Source: the human T2T-CHM13v2.0 reference genome, Homo sapiens
Strand: one strand, 5' to 3'
Assembly (NCBI RefSeq): GCF_009914755.1
Contig: NC_060942.1
DNA length: 64,000 nucleotides
Made by a program: the position numbers and the translations under genes. Shown here piece by piece: positions 12,112 to 25,564 of the stretch. The notes below the pieces were generated by a model. The model searched no databases. It was not told the DNA's origin and saw only the letters and a program-made list of their open reading frames with translations. How positions within the stretch are numbered: position 1 is the stretch's first letter; every line of letters starts with the position of its first letter.

Positions 12112-12238
12112 AAGAGAAAGAAAAGAAGGAATGAAGGAAGGAAGAAGGGAGAGAGGGAGGGCCAAAGGGAGGGACGGAGGGACAGATGGATGGACAGATG
12201 GAGGGATGGAGGAAGGGAGAGAGGAAGGAAGAGAGAAA
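12112..12238 (+). repeat. GA-rich low-complexity tract (GGAA/GGAG/GGAT)
   Basis: Directly visible. Confidence 0.9.
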
Positions 12239-12499
12239 TGTTATTCTAGGGAATAGAAATTCCAATATAGTTGTAAATTTTCCTCTCAAGAAAGTCAACA
12301 CAGTAAATCTAGAGAACTTTGTTTCCCTCTTCCAGTATCAAAGGATTGTGTGCAAGCCAATAAACATCTTCGACCATAGAAGGAATTCCTGTCCTCCCTT
12401 CAGCAAATCAGATTAATTTTACATACAATCAAACACAAGAAATGAGCATGCATCTCCATCGGCCTATGACAGTCTTTATGTACTACAGTCAGTGCAACA

Positions 12500-12640
12500 G
12501 TTGCCACAGTGGATGCCTCTGTTTTCGCCAATACTTGGGAAACTCCCTCCCAAGTATTGAAGAAAACAATGATGTATAGACACATAAAGGAGGAACCACT
12601 CATGTTGGAAGATTTCGCCTGGCCTAAACCAATAAGCAAC
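12500..12640. mobile_element. Ancient hairpin-containing repeat, Eulor8-like
   Basis: Hairpin at 12520-12568; motifs CAGTGGATG..TGTTTTCGCCAA and GGAAGATTTCGCCTGGCC.AAACCAATA resemble the Eulor8 consensus as I recall it (unverified). Confidence 0.45.
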
Positions 12641-13947
12641 TGTTAGAATGTGCCATTTCCCTCTCCTACTTTGACAATAGTGATATTTCTCAATCAGAAG
12701 TTAAAAATTCATGGCATTTGTGCAGCGGTTACTTGGGAGTTGATTTTGAGTGGCACACTCATTGATAATACAAATAACGTCTGAAGAGAGGGGAGGAACA
12801 TCCATCTGGGTTAGCCTGGATCTACAAATATGATAGAGGCTGAGAGGGCTGGAATGGGACAGGGACCTTCCTGTCCTTACATAAAGTCAAGATGGTGAGG
12901 AAGAGAGAAGAGGAGATTGATCTTCTTGATATGCTCTTTTTGATTGTCTGTCTTTAGCTACTCTTTATAACTTATCCATCAACAGACTACATACTCTATG
13001 ATGAGCATGATGCCACACTTTGGGATACAGAGTCTATTTCAAGTAATCTGTTCTCTGACGTCTTTAAATATCTAGATATAGACATAGATAGATTCATCCG
13101 TTCCAGTGTATGGTTGAGAAAATGTGGAAATGGTAATCGTATCACATTGCAAGAGTGTCTTCCTACTGCAGATGGTATTGTCCTTTCTGTACAAAAACTG
13201 ACCAACTGACTCCTACAGAAGTATCTCCAAAACATATTTTTGGAAACAGGAGGGAAGTTATAACAAACATGACAAGTGATTGAAGGGAGATTTGACATAT
13301 AATATCTGATTAGTTAGGAACTGACTACTGCACTGGAGTAACTATAATTTTAGTTACCATAACTTTCAATTTTATGAATGAAATGAAGCACTTGAGAGGC
13401 ATAGTTATTAAATCAGTTATTAAAATTCTATTTTTTTCCTGTAACATCAAAAGGTGACTGCACTTCCTTTAAACAAGTCCAAATAGCAGAGAACTGAAAA
13501 CATGGCCATAGAACAAAACTGATTACTACTATGGTCTTCATCCAAATCACATCAAAATAAATTTAATTCTAGTCTCCAACAATTTGATTTAATTTGGCAC
13601 ATAAGTGGTTTTGTCACTTTTGTGATTTTAACAAACACTAATTACAATTTTGTAGATAGTGAATGATAATGGAAAGTTATAATGTTTTATCATTTTATTA
13701 AATATATTATGAAATTCTCTTTTAAACTTCCAATTCTATTTCTGCAATCCTGGAAAATGGTTCAAATTTTGTACTTCTACTTCCCATCCCACAAAAATAA
13801 TACAACACATCTTGGGGCCAATATATCCTCAGAAAAATGTGAAATATAACTCAGATCTAGGTTGTAATTCACTATCATCCAGCCCACTTTATACATGAGA
13901 CTTTTCTAATGTATATTAATACCCAAGATCATTCAGCTATGTAAAAA

Positions 13948-14180
13948 AATATTAACAGCTTAGACTTATATTGAGATTATGTGCCAGATAATAGTCTTAG
14001 AATTTTACCATGTAATTATCATAACACTGTTATGAAATAGATACTGACATTATCGGTATTTTTATGTATGAGGAAAGAGACACAGAAGAGTTAAGTAGCG
14101 TTCCCAAGGTCACACAGCTTCTAATTGCCAGCGCTCAGAGACAAACCTGGACCACCTGGCTCTAGAGTCTCTGTTTTACA
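13948..14180 (-). mobile_element. MIR SINE
   Basis: TATGTGCCAGA...ATGAGGAAAGAGACACAGAAGAGTTAAGTAGCGTTCCCAAGGTCACACAGC...CTGGCTCTAGAGTC. Confidence 0.9.
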
Positions 14181-16192
14181 ATGGCTTCACTACTTCTCAA
14201 AATGAAAATTAATGTCATAATTAGCTACATTATCATACTCATTTTCAGTATAGTTTTCTTTAGGAAAGAATTTGTAAAAGCTAAATTAAGTCAGCTTTCA
14301 AATAACCTGTAAATTGAATTCCTTGGTTGATAAGCTAACCTTTCCAGAGCAATTGAGATAAATTCAGTTTATTACCCCTTACTGCATTTTCTCATCCTCA
14401 AATCATCTATTTTATTTATTTATTTTTTTCATCTGTTTTATTTTGTAAAATATTGCCTTAATTTTTTTTGTAAAATTTTCTTAGGCTTCTTGCCTTCATC
14501 AGTGTCTCCTGGTATATATTCTAGAGGTGGGGATTAATTTCTACATTAGCCTACACAAATCATAACCTAGGTGATAAACAAATAAAAGGGTGCATGTGAT
14601 TAAATTTCAAAATGATCAGCACAATAAGAGACTTTCCTCTTCAGAAACAGAAGAGGTGACATAATCTGGTGTTCCTTAAGGATGCTTCCTGGTGAAATCC
14701 AGACTTACACAGAATCCTGAAAGATAGATAGTATCTAGAATTGAGAAGAGAGAACATGCTGGATTTAGAGAACTGATCCAAGGTGTGCAGATCCTTCTTC
14801 CTGGATATTCATGTGACACCAGGGCTGCAGAAGCTGAGATTGGCTGCTGAAAAGCAGTGGATGACTGTAATCTATACTCTCTGCCTCCTTCTCTGAACAC
14901 CTATTTCTCTCCACAACACAATCTAGAGTTGTATCATGCATGTTCTTCTTACCCACAGTTGGCTTGCATTTTAGCCCCAACAATGCTGTTAACCTACCCC
15001 CAGGCCTAGTTGTCAAAATTAACATAAATAAATGAGTCTTGGGCCACAGGAATTAGAGCTCCTTGGCACACTGAACAAAGCAAGGTAGTGATTCTTTTGA
15101 ATTTGTTCTGGGCATAGGCAGTAGGAATGGTGAATCCATCCTTCTTGGATTGCTCATATAGGCAATCAAAGCCCACATCTTTAAATGCTGAGACAACTGG
15201 ATAACTGCAGTAGATGGAAGCTGAAGAAGTATAGAATGCATAAGAGGAAATGCTGTGTTTTCTCTATTACCAAGAGGCCTTGAACCATCTTGAAGAGGGA
15301 TCCACATATCAGATGATTTTTCCGAAACATTTCGATGATGTGTTGGTGTTTCTGGTGGTCCATTGTTTTCCATATTATCCCTTGATTTCGACCAAGGTCT
15401 TTTTAGATACTCTGGGTGCTGGGAGTAATAAATTTGACAGCTTAACTTATTATAATAATTTATGTGTTTAATCTTTCTTTTTAAATGAGCCCTGTGGCTC
15501 TGCAACTGGTACATACAGTATTTATAAATACGATTAATATAGTGTCCACTTTCTGGAGCGGGATCAAACAAAACGAGAAAAATAATACTAAGTCAACTAA
15601 AAGCAGCTGGCTGGACTCTGCATTCAGCTATTTGTGAGCAATTGGGGTTTTGTTGCCCTTATTTAGTGGATGTGTGGAGTAGGTCTGTGAAGCTGAAGGG
15701 ACCTTTGAGTTTCAGTTGGCCCAGGTCTGCATTTTTAGATAGGTGTATGTCTATCCAAGAGGAATGCTCTAGAGCTCCAGCTATGCAGATAACGTAAACA
15801 CTTTAGCTAGAACTGACATTTCTTTAGCTGCCAAAGCTATATTTTGTACTTCATACCTTTATGGGAATGAGTGAGCACCGTGGTGGGTTAATGGAATTAC
15901 TTATGCATTATTGTCCTTACTTTTGAGATGCTTGAAATTTAGAATGTAAAACGTGGTAGGAACAGAATGTCTACTCCCCTGTATGGCCAAAACCCAACAG
16001 GATAAAATAGCAATATTGGTTGTGTCCAGAAGGACTGGTAAAGTCATTTTACATGCTGAAAGGACTATAGACGCTATCCTGCAGAAGAAGGCAAACAGCA
16101 GGTGAGGAAGAGCACTTATCAACTGTCTGTTTTGGTACAGTGTAAATAAAGCTCAAGACCCTGTTCAACCAGCATCCCAAGTATGGATAGGC

Positions 16193-16218
16193 TTTTTTTT
16201 TTTTTTTTTTTTTTTTTT
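16193..16218 (+). repeat. Poly-T run with no adjacent Alu body
   Basis: Directly visible. Confidence 0.9.
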
Positions 16219-18079
16219 TGGCTTGAACCGGAAACATCTATTTCAAAATTACCTGGGTCAAAACAAGCTAAAAATGACCTGGGTTAATAACCCCATAAAG
16301 AGTACAGGGACCATTCTGTGACAGGTCAGGGAAAATATGGAAAGAACAGAAGAAGGAGGGAGAAAAGGTAGCATGAGAGCCAGGGAAATAACACTCTTTA
16401 TCTTCATCAATCTGATTTCCTATAACATCTGGTCATCTTCAAGGGAGAAAACGTCACAGAAAGCCTTGAAGTGTGTATAATCAAATGTCAACATGAAGCT
16501 AATGCTTCACAAGTGTATTTAATAGATAAAAAGAACACTTATAATGCCATCATGGACGACCATGAAAAGCATATTAGTAGCCTTGCAGAAATATAAATAA
16601 AAATACATAAATAACAAACAACATTTTATGAACAGCTAACACTGATATTTGTTAAGCAGATCAACCTACTTCAAAAATAAAGAAAGCTCTACACTTAATA
16701 GTTGGATTCTTTAGAAAGAAGATACATGGTTTCCACCTATAGATATAAATAATGAGAGTTGTAATAAATTACTAACACTGACTAGTTTAAAAGGCAGGTA
16801 GCACTTACTTTTCTTGACCAGTGAGCTTTCCACTACATCACAATGATGAGCTAATAAGACCTGCAGGGGTAATTTAATGAGACAAGAATAATTTGACCTG
16901 GCAAATGAAAAAGAGTGGCACAGACTTATAAGGGATACTGACTCATTTCCTATAAAATTATAAAGAAATGACCCTCCATTACAGTAAGAAAATTTTGACC
17001 AGATAGAAGGAAGTAGTTTCCGGAAGTGAGAATATACCATTAGCTTATGCCACAGAAACATATTTTATATAATGGAAATGGTTCTGCAATCGTCTATGTG
17101 GGGTAGTTAAATCTAATCTTGTCTAAAAATGAGGTAAAGAACTGGTTGATCTTGCAAGGTACTAACCAGCTCTGTGAGCTGGAAAAAATGGAAACATGCG
17201 ACCTTCATGAAAATCCCTGTTTCTTTTCCTACTTCTCATTGGCAATGGGACCCTGGGGGACTGGGGCACATGTTGTTCCAGCAGAGGTCATGCTGATGAC
17301 ATTTCTATGGATTTTTCTCTTTCTCAAAGAATCAAAAATACAAGTGCTGGGAAAGACCTATTGCTCCCTTCTTCTGTTCCCCAGGGGCTTTACGGAATTG
17401 CTTCCAAAGTTCTTTCCTGCAATGTCCAGTCAGGTTTTAAATAAACCAAGACATGGAATATCCTTCTGGGCCTCTGGAGAGATTTTTGTAAAGTAATCCA
17501 TCTTCTATTTAGGATATTTTTTTCTCAAAAAAAGTTCATTACAAAAGACAAACCATCCCATTCCTCTAATTGCCCCTGAATTGGTCACTAAATTCTTACT
17601 GCCACTAAAAGAACCTAATCATGTTGAAGGCTTTGTCAACTATCCAGGTGGCAAATAGAGTTTTGTGCATTTTGAATTTTCAACTATTGGATTCAGATGG
17701 CTTATTTGTCACCATTTCTCTCAGACATTTGGATTCCTACAACATAATAAATGCCAAATAGTCACTCTTGAGCTGCAACCTGCATGAAGTCTCTGAGGTA
17801 AGAGGGGAGATATGCTACACTTAGTGCCAACTCCATTCTCAGTTTTCAGGTAAATGCCAGACTGAAGATTCCACCTTTGTCCTGCCCATGGTAACTGCAG
17901 TTGTTGATGAAAACCTGTGTCTCTTGAAATAAATATTTTTTTATAAGTAAAAGGAACAAAATCAGTCCTTTAACTTCTTTGTGCTCAAATAAACCTACCT
18001 GATCAGCATGGCCAGTTTGGATGTCTGTGTGTGTGCCTATGTACTTATAGTCATATATAGTTATATATTTTGTTTCTTA

Positions 18080-18555
18080 CTGAAGGAACGGTTGAATAGA
18101 ACTATCTGGTTTAAAGGATGAGCTTGACTGATTACTGTAATTCATAGGGCCTTAATTAGCTGCACAAACCATTAGCTACAATTAGACTATTATAAAACAC
18201 TTGATGCGCTATGTCAACCATGGGGCCTCATTTATTCTTGTGGCAGGGATCAGGAGGGGGGAGGGCAGGCACACTATACCGCCAAGCATGCTAATAAAGA
18301 ATCATTTTTGATTTAAGATGTTGCCGATAGTGCCTCAAAATTAATCTCAATAGCTGTCTAATTTGTGTCAGTGGATGGTATATTTATTGTAAAATGACAC
18401 CAAAGCTAAATGAGTTACCTGAAGCAGGAGTGTTAATGTCAGTGCCTGGAGATTGGACTCCATATGCTGGGTTACAGCAAGACGCTGGTGCTGAGTGCTC
18501 CCAGTGGACGGCTTGGCCTCATCTGTCTCAGAAAGCTCAACAACTTGACTTCCAC
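18080..18555. promoter_or_regulatory. Candidate conserved developmental enhancer
   Basis: No recognisable repeat; several homeodomain cores (TAATTA 18153, CAATTAG 18179, AATTAATCT 18339), E-boxes CATATG 18461 and CATCTG 18520, and retained CpGs. Confidence 0.4.
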
Positions 18556-18884
18556 TTTTTGATTCTTAAATACTAATCATAAAAAAAAAGAGAAAGAAAG
18601 AAAGTGGAAAGAGAGACCCTGTCTGGAACACAAAGAGACAAAGAGAAGAGAGGTGAGAAAAGGAGAGAGGGAGAAAAGACTGAGAGGCATTGTTACAATA
18701 TGAGCTTCCTAGGACCAAGCTTAGCTGTAAGTAATTATGGAAATGAAGATAGCTGAGTCCAATTTATCTTTCTGTAGGTTTTTTATTAAATAAGAAATAA
18801 AAGGGACATACTAGTAGGTAATAGTCTTCTAAGGAGTAAAAGTAAAGAAGAAAATATTATCTTTCATTCTAAGATGTCTTGATA

Positions 18885-19090
18885 GCAATACTTCACATTT
18901 ACATAGAGCTCTGAAGCTTCAAACATCATTCAAGTTCATTGGAACTTCCCTGGAAGTGTGGGAGTCAGCAGTGGTTGATATAGAAGCTTTGATTCAAGGG
19001 AGGCAGGAGGAGAAGTGCCTGGTCCAAGGTCTCTTAGTCAGTTACCTACAGTGGCGGGACTGAAATTCAGATTTCCTCAATTACAACTCT
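18885..19090 (-). mobile_element. MIR SINE (diverged)
   Basis: CATTTACATAGAGCTCT...GTCCAAGGTCTCTTAGTCAGT...GGGACTGAAATTCAGATTTC. Confidence 0.6.
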
Positions 19091-19229
19091 TTTCAAAATA
19101 TATATTTTCAACATGGCTCCCATAACTGTCAAATCTTTAGAATTCTTGAGGAAGGAGAAGCAGGTGGAGGAGAAGAATGGCATTTCCTGACCTTGCCCAC
19201 ATTTTCTGTATCAGAAACTGGAACTGATG

Positions 19230-19580
19230 GTGAAGATGAGGAGTCCCTATTTTCAAAATTCTCCCCAGATAACTGTGATGAGCAACCATATTTGGATATT
19301 TGATTCAGCAGTTCTGGAGTCAGAGACTTTGCATTTCTAATCAGTTTCCAGGTAATGCTCAAGATGCTGATGGCAGAATCACATTTTGAGAACCGCTGGC
19401 CTAAACCAATGTTTCTGAACACTGGTTGCACGTTCAGATCACTTAGGAATATTTTAAAAATTCAATGTCTAGACTGTGACTTCATCCACTTACGTCAACT
19501 CTGGCGTGGGACTCCAGGTATCTGTGGCTTCTAAAGCTCCTCAAATTATTCTAGTGTGCAGCCAGGGTTAAGGATGTCTT
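19230..19580. mobile_element. Cluster of MER5A/MER5B (hAT-Charlie) MITE fragments
   Basis: TGATTCAGCAGTTCTGG...TTTGCATTTCTAATCAGTTTCCAGGTAATGCT...CACATTTTGAGAACCGCTG, then a second copy ending GTGTGCAGCCAGGGTTAAG. Confidence 0.85.
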
Positions 19581-19839
19581 TGTTCAAACCAGCTTTAGTG
19601 AATTCAATTCAATTGTCATCTGTTATGGGCAAGACATGTATTGATATACTCTATGTAGTGACTCATATTACAAATTAATACTTAAGCTTAATTACAGGAT
19701 TTTTTAAATGTTATTTTTGCTGATTAACTATACTTTCTTTTGACAAAAAAATGAAATAATAGAACTCAAAATGCCAGCTCTAGTTGCTGAATTGGCCTTT
19801 TTGGTCAAAATAGTTTTTTTTTTTTTCTTATACTTTGAT

Positions 19840-20010
19840 CAATTAGATACTTGTATTCAGATATCCCATGGGAATTTTTAAAATGTAGATTCACGTCTCA
19901 AACCATCTGAATCAGGATCTGTAGGGTTTGGCTCAAAAGTCTACATTTTAAGACATTCCTTTAATCACAATATTGGTTTATATGCCAATCAAATCAAGTT
20001 CTGAAAACAT
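19840..20010. mobile_element. MER5B-like fragment
   Basis: GGGAATTTTTAAAATGTAGATT...CTGAATCAGGATCTGTAGGG...TCTACATTTTAA. Confidence 0.6.
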
Positions 20011-20154
20011 CTATTCTTTTTGTATATTAGAGATGCCTTTTATCTTTAATACCCCTTCACTATTTCCAGGAAAAGTTATCCCAAAATATGCTCCTTTTTG
20101 TGTGTGGACCTTATGAATAATAATAATAATAATCTGTGTAGACCTTATGAATAA

Positions 20155-20805
<651 letters not shown>

Positions 20806-21604
20806 CAGCCACTTGTAGGATATCATATGCAGTTATAAAGAATGAGTCAAACACACTAAAAAAGACTGAGGCTAAAGAAATGAAGAGAAGAAACTCGGAC
20901 ATTATCTTTTTGACCTCTAGACAAAATCATGCCTGATGCTAGATTTACCTTCAAACTTCAAAATCATGTGAACCATTTTTTTTTAACACAAGCCAAGATG
21001 GGTACCTTTTCCATCATGAAAAGAATAATAAAATAAGAAATATTTAGTTTACCAGGAAGATGACATAGAATAGCAGTCAAAAATATAAAATAATAAATTA
21101 TTTAACATTTCCTTTTTTTCTTATTTTGCTGCTAATATTGGTCTGTGCACATTATGGCAAACCTGTTGACTAAACAGTCAAGTTTCTCTGAAGTCTGTGT
21201 CAATGTAAAGTCAGCATTTCCTCTGCCTTTGGTGAGGTGCTGAAAAGAGAAACCACAAAGCTAAGATGAAGATGTGCTGAATCTCCTTGGATCTCACCTG
21301 CAGTTCTAGTCACAGTACTCAAAATAAACATGGTGTAACTAGGGAAGTTTTAAGAAAAGGGCATTGAGATGACTAAGGGGAGGTTGAGGCAGTCATTGCT
21401 TGATAATGACTGAGATGTGTAAGCCATGCTTAGACAAGACAGAGAAAGACGTGAAACAGGCAGTGTGTCTGGAGGCCATGCTTAACTGAAAGTGCTATAT
21501 GCCCGACATCAAGCCAGGCACTTGAAGAAACACTGACTCTACCATGGCCCCTGGCCTTAAAAGCCCCACATTTCCTACAGAAGATGATTCTATGATGTGT
21601 CAGA

Positions 21605-21760
21605 TTGCAGAGTTTGGGGACATTTGGACCTGCGTTTGAAATTTAGCTTTACTCTCTTTTGGTTACTAAACTTAAGCAAGTCACTTAACTGCCATGAGAA
21701 GAGATTTTTTTTTTAATCTGCAAAATGGGAATAACAATAAACTTGTCATATGGGCAATCT
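21605..21760 (+). mobile_element. MIR SINE
   Basis: GACCTGCGTTTGAAAT...AAGCAAGTCACTTAAC...ATCTGCAAAATGGGAATAACAATA. Confidence 0.8.
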
Positions 21761-21915
21761 CATTAGTATTATAGACATTGATCCTTAAAATAGGATCAAC
21801 ATCTATTAATAAGAATAGCAGTAATCCTCAAAACTTGAGATCCAAGTTTATATAAAGTAGACACATTAAGAAATGTCGTGATGAACTGATGAAATGTGAT
21901 ATTCAAAATGAGGGA

Positions 21916-22300
21916 TGTATTAGCCCATTTACACACTGCTATAAAGAACTGCCTGAGACTTGGTAACTTATGAAGAAAAGAAGTTTAATTGACTGACAGT
22001 TCTGCAAGCTGTACAGGAAACATGACTGGGAGGGTCAGGAAACTTACAATCGTGGCAGAAGGTGAAAGGAAAACAAGCATGTCTCACCATGGTGAAGCAG
22101 GAGAGAGAGAAAGCAAGCAGGGAACTGCCACACACTTTTAAACCATCAGATCTCATGAGAACTGAGTTACTATCATGAGAACAGCAAGTGGGAAATCCAC
22201 CCCCATGATCCAATCACCTCCCACCAGGCCCCTCCCTTGGCACTTAGGGATTACAATTCAACATGAGATTTGGGTGGGGACACACAGCCAAACCATATCA
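21916..22300 (-). mobile_element. Solo THE1D MaLR LTR
   Basis: TGTATTAGCCCATTTACACACTGCTATAAAGAAC...GAGATTTGGGTGGGGACACACAGCCAAACCATATCA; perfect TSD AGGGA at 21911-21915 and 22301-22305. Confidence 0.95.
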
Positions 22301-23310
22301 AGGGACAAGAGGACAGGCGAATATCAACATCAGTTTTAGCGTTATACAAATGGATGGGTTCTTCAGAAAAGCAATTTTTTTCTTAACACTTTAATGATGC
22401 TTCTGATAAAAGACACAATTCTGAGAATAATGGGTAATAGGGCTCATAAAAAGGAATTAAGATTTTTAATAATGCGTGGGTAAAACTTTGACATTTATGA
22501 AGTTTATTAAACTATATCCAGACCGCTTTTTCTCCAAGTTGTTTAAAAAAAAAAGTCTTTGCAGTAAGAGTAGACTGGTTTCTCTGATGTCTGTTAACCT
22601 CATTGTGTTCAGTGAACAGTCACGTGACCCTTAAGCAGGAAGCTGTTTCTACTAACCCAATTCACTTCACAGATATAGAGGGCCTGATCTGCTTCTTTTC
22701 TTTCTCTTCCCTCTGAATGTATTTTGGTACATCACATAAGTAGCATATGTTTATATAAGCTATTATACATATGAAATGTGTAATATGCATATTTTAACCT
22801 TCGTTTAATCTATATACTGAACAGTAGGAAAAATCACTGGAGTGCCACTCTGGGATTGGCAAACTGGCCTAGTTTTGGAGGATTTCTATGCTGAAGAATG
22901 GCAGGAGAGCTCCTTGCTCACACATCCTCTAAAGATATTTTTTATAAGGGTCTATAACAGTGGGTCAAAGAAATAAAGTAAATTGTTAGAAATCTATATT
23001 TGATTACCTTGGTGATCATAAAGAAGAGTGAATATCAGCCTGAGACACAGCACTGCTGCTTGAAGTGATTGGAAAGTATCCTTGAGAAGCTAATCCAAAG
23101 AAATCAAAACTAGAAAGGATTTTAGAGGTTATTAGTTTGCTACTCTATCGTAAAACTGAGTAAAGTAAGGCTTAGAATACTGAGAGAATGTAAGCCTCAG
23201 TTTCCTCAGTGGTAAAACAATAACACCATTATGAAGTCAGTGATGATCTGTAATGGCAAAGTGATGACACCTTAGTTTCTATACAGTATACCGGAAGAAA
23301 TTTCCAGATC

Positions 23311-23668
23311 TCCTTTTTCTTCTCTTTTTCTTTCTCTTTTTTCTCTTTCTCTGTCTCTCTCTCTCTCTTTTTTTTTTTTTTTTTTTGACAGAGCGTCACT
23401 CTGTCACCCAGGCTGGTGTGCAGCGGTGCAATCTCAGCTCACTACAACCTCTGCTTCCTGGGTTCAAGCTATTCTTATGCCTCAGCCTCCCAAATAGCAG
23501 GGACTGCAGATGTCCGCCACCACGCCTGACTAATTTTTGCATTTTTTTTGTAGAAATGGGGTTTCACCATGTTGGCCAGGCTGGTCTCAAACTCCTGATC
23601 TCAAGCAATCTGCCTGCCTTGGCCTCCTAAAGTGCTGGGATTACAGGCGTGAGCCACTGTGCCCAGCC
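23311..23668 (-). mobile_element. Alu (AluSz/Sx type) with a tail degenerated to CT microsatellite
   Basis: Alu body plus poly-T at 23368-23668; CT-rich extension 23311-23367; GATCTCC..TTCTT occurs on both flanks. Confidence 0.97.
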
Positions 23669-24259
23669 CACTGATCTCCCATTCTTCCTATTGACCAATT
23701 TTAATATATAGCCAAGAAGCTTTGTGAGTCTTATGTTAATCAAATCTAATATAAGTAAATCATAATTTATTTTAAAAAGTAATTTTTGTTTGCTTTACAA
23801 AAGGATACATGACATGATTTCTTTAAATTATAAACTCATTTCATGTATGCAAAAAATTTAGCTACACAAAATCTTTTAGGAATATAGAGATCCTGTAAAA
23901 TGCAGGTAGTCTTGGAAATGTAGGAAGCAATTTATATTCTGTGAGGCAAAGAAGAAACTCAGGATAGGAAATCATCACTCTCTTGGTAATCTTTTAAATA
24001 TGAAAGTCACCATAAAGAAATCCAAATTCTAAACATTTATTTTCTCCTCTAACCTCCCCAAATGAGGGAAAAAAAAAAAAAACACAAAACAAGATAGTGG
24101 AACGTGTCAAATCAGCCTTAATTTTTGGCCTCTGCTCAGGAAGAATGACACCGCTCTATAATTACATCTAAGAACATAATCCCAACTTCAAGAGATAACA
24201 TTTAGAAATAATACTCCACTGGATGAGGACGTCTTAGCTGTAAATCCAGGGTTTATTGA

Positions 24260-24460
<201 letters not shown>

Positions 24461-25024
24461 TAAGACTGGGCTCAGTCCTGCTAAGTTCCTTTAATGAAAT
24501 ATTTTTGCTTCTCCTTGTTCTGAAAGAAAAAAGATCCCTTGGATCCAAATTTATCACAATCGAAATAAAAAATGTAAAAGATCAGTATAAAACATTTAAC
24601 AGCAACAGTTAATAATGTATATGATAACATATTGCACTAATATATTGACAAATGTGGCAATAAAGTATTAATGTGATTATGTATCATCAAATATACCAGC
24701 CATTCATCCTTTATTCTGCTCCAGTTTAAAAACAAAGCAAATCCTAAGACTATAAAGTGGAGATAGAATCTCCAAGTGTGATTTCAATTAAGCACATCTC
24801 TGAGAAACTCTACCCACAAGCTCCTAAGGAGGCAGGTTGTCAGTTTGATTATGACAAAGTGCCTTTAGGAATGGTGACAAAAGCCACAAGAAAATGACTT
24901 CTATATTTCAATCTAAATCTAGAAATCAGATCTTGCCAGCCTTGGGCAAAACTGATATCTCAGTAAAGTTTGTTTTTTCACAGCCCCATTTTTCCTATTT
25001 GGGGCTTATTTTCTCCATCCATTT

Positions 25025-25564
25025 GTTGTGGTAAGTTTTATGTATTAACTTAGCTGGGCTACAGACCCCCTTATACAACTGAACACTAGGTGTTGCTGAG
25101 AAGGTATTTTGAAGATATGATTAAAATTCCTAATTAGTTGACTTTAAGTAGAAGAGATAATCTGGGTGACCAGATTCCATCAGTGGTAAAACCTTAAGAG
25201 CAGAACTGAAGCTTCCCAGAAGAACAGAAGGAGGTGGGGGGCTTAGGAGGTGGAAGAGAAAAGGAGAGGGGAAGGGGAGAAGGAGAAAGAAGAGGAAGAT
25301 GAGGAGGAAGAGAAAGACAAGGAGGAGAAAGGAGAAGGAGGAGGTAGAAGGAAGAGGAAGAAGTAGGAGGAGAAGAAATTTTGCCTGTGGTCTGCTGCTT
25401 CAGCTCATTTTTGAGTTCCAGCCTACTCTTCCTGACAGCCTGCTCTACAGATCTGAGCCTTGCCTAGCCGGCCCCCACAATTATATAAGCCAATTCCTCG
25501 TAACAAATCTCTTAATGCCCAGCTCCTACTGGTTCTGGTTCTCTGCTTGAAACTTGCTGACACA
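25025..25564 (+). mobile_element. Solo ERVL LTR (MLT2E/MLT2D type) containing an expanded GA-rich tract
   Basis: TTTTATGTATTAACTTAGCTGGGCTA...TAGGTGTTGCTGAGAAGGTATTTTG...GTTGACTTTAAGTA...CCCCCACAATTATATAAGCCAATTCC...CTCCTACTGGTTCTG. Confidence 0.9.

Noticed and set aside
12322-12416. Strong-looking acceptor TTTGTTTCCCTCTTCCAG
   Set aside because: All three frames stop within ~80 nt and no matching donor is evident
12998-13058. C/D box snoRNA-like pair ATGATGA...CTGA
   Set aside because: No terminal stem and no recognisable rRNA or snRNA guide complementarity
14700-14960. Minus-strand donor-like sites (ACTTAC and TCTTACC on the + strand)
   Set aside because: No recognisable coding frame; isolated GTAAG words are common
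15053-15571. 172-aa minus-strand ORF, the longest outside repeats
   Set aside because: Non-ATG start, no recognisable domain and no convincing splice context; a length this size can occur by chance in 64 kb
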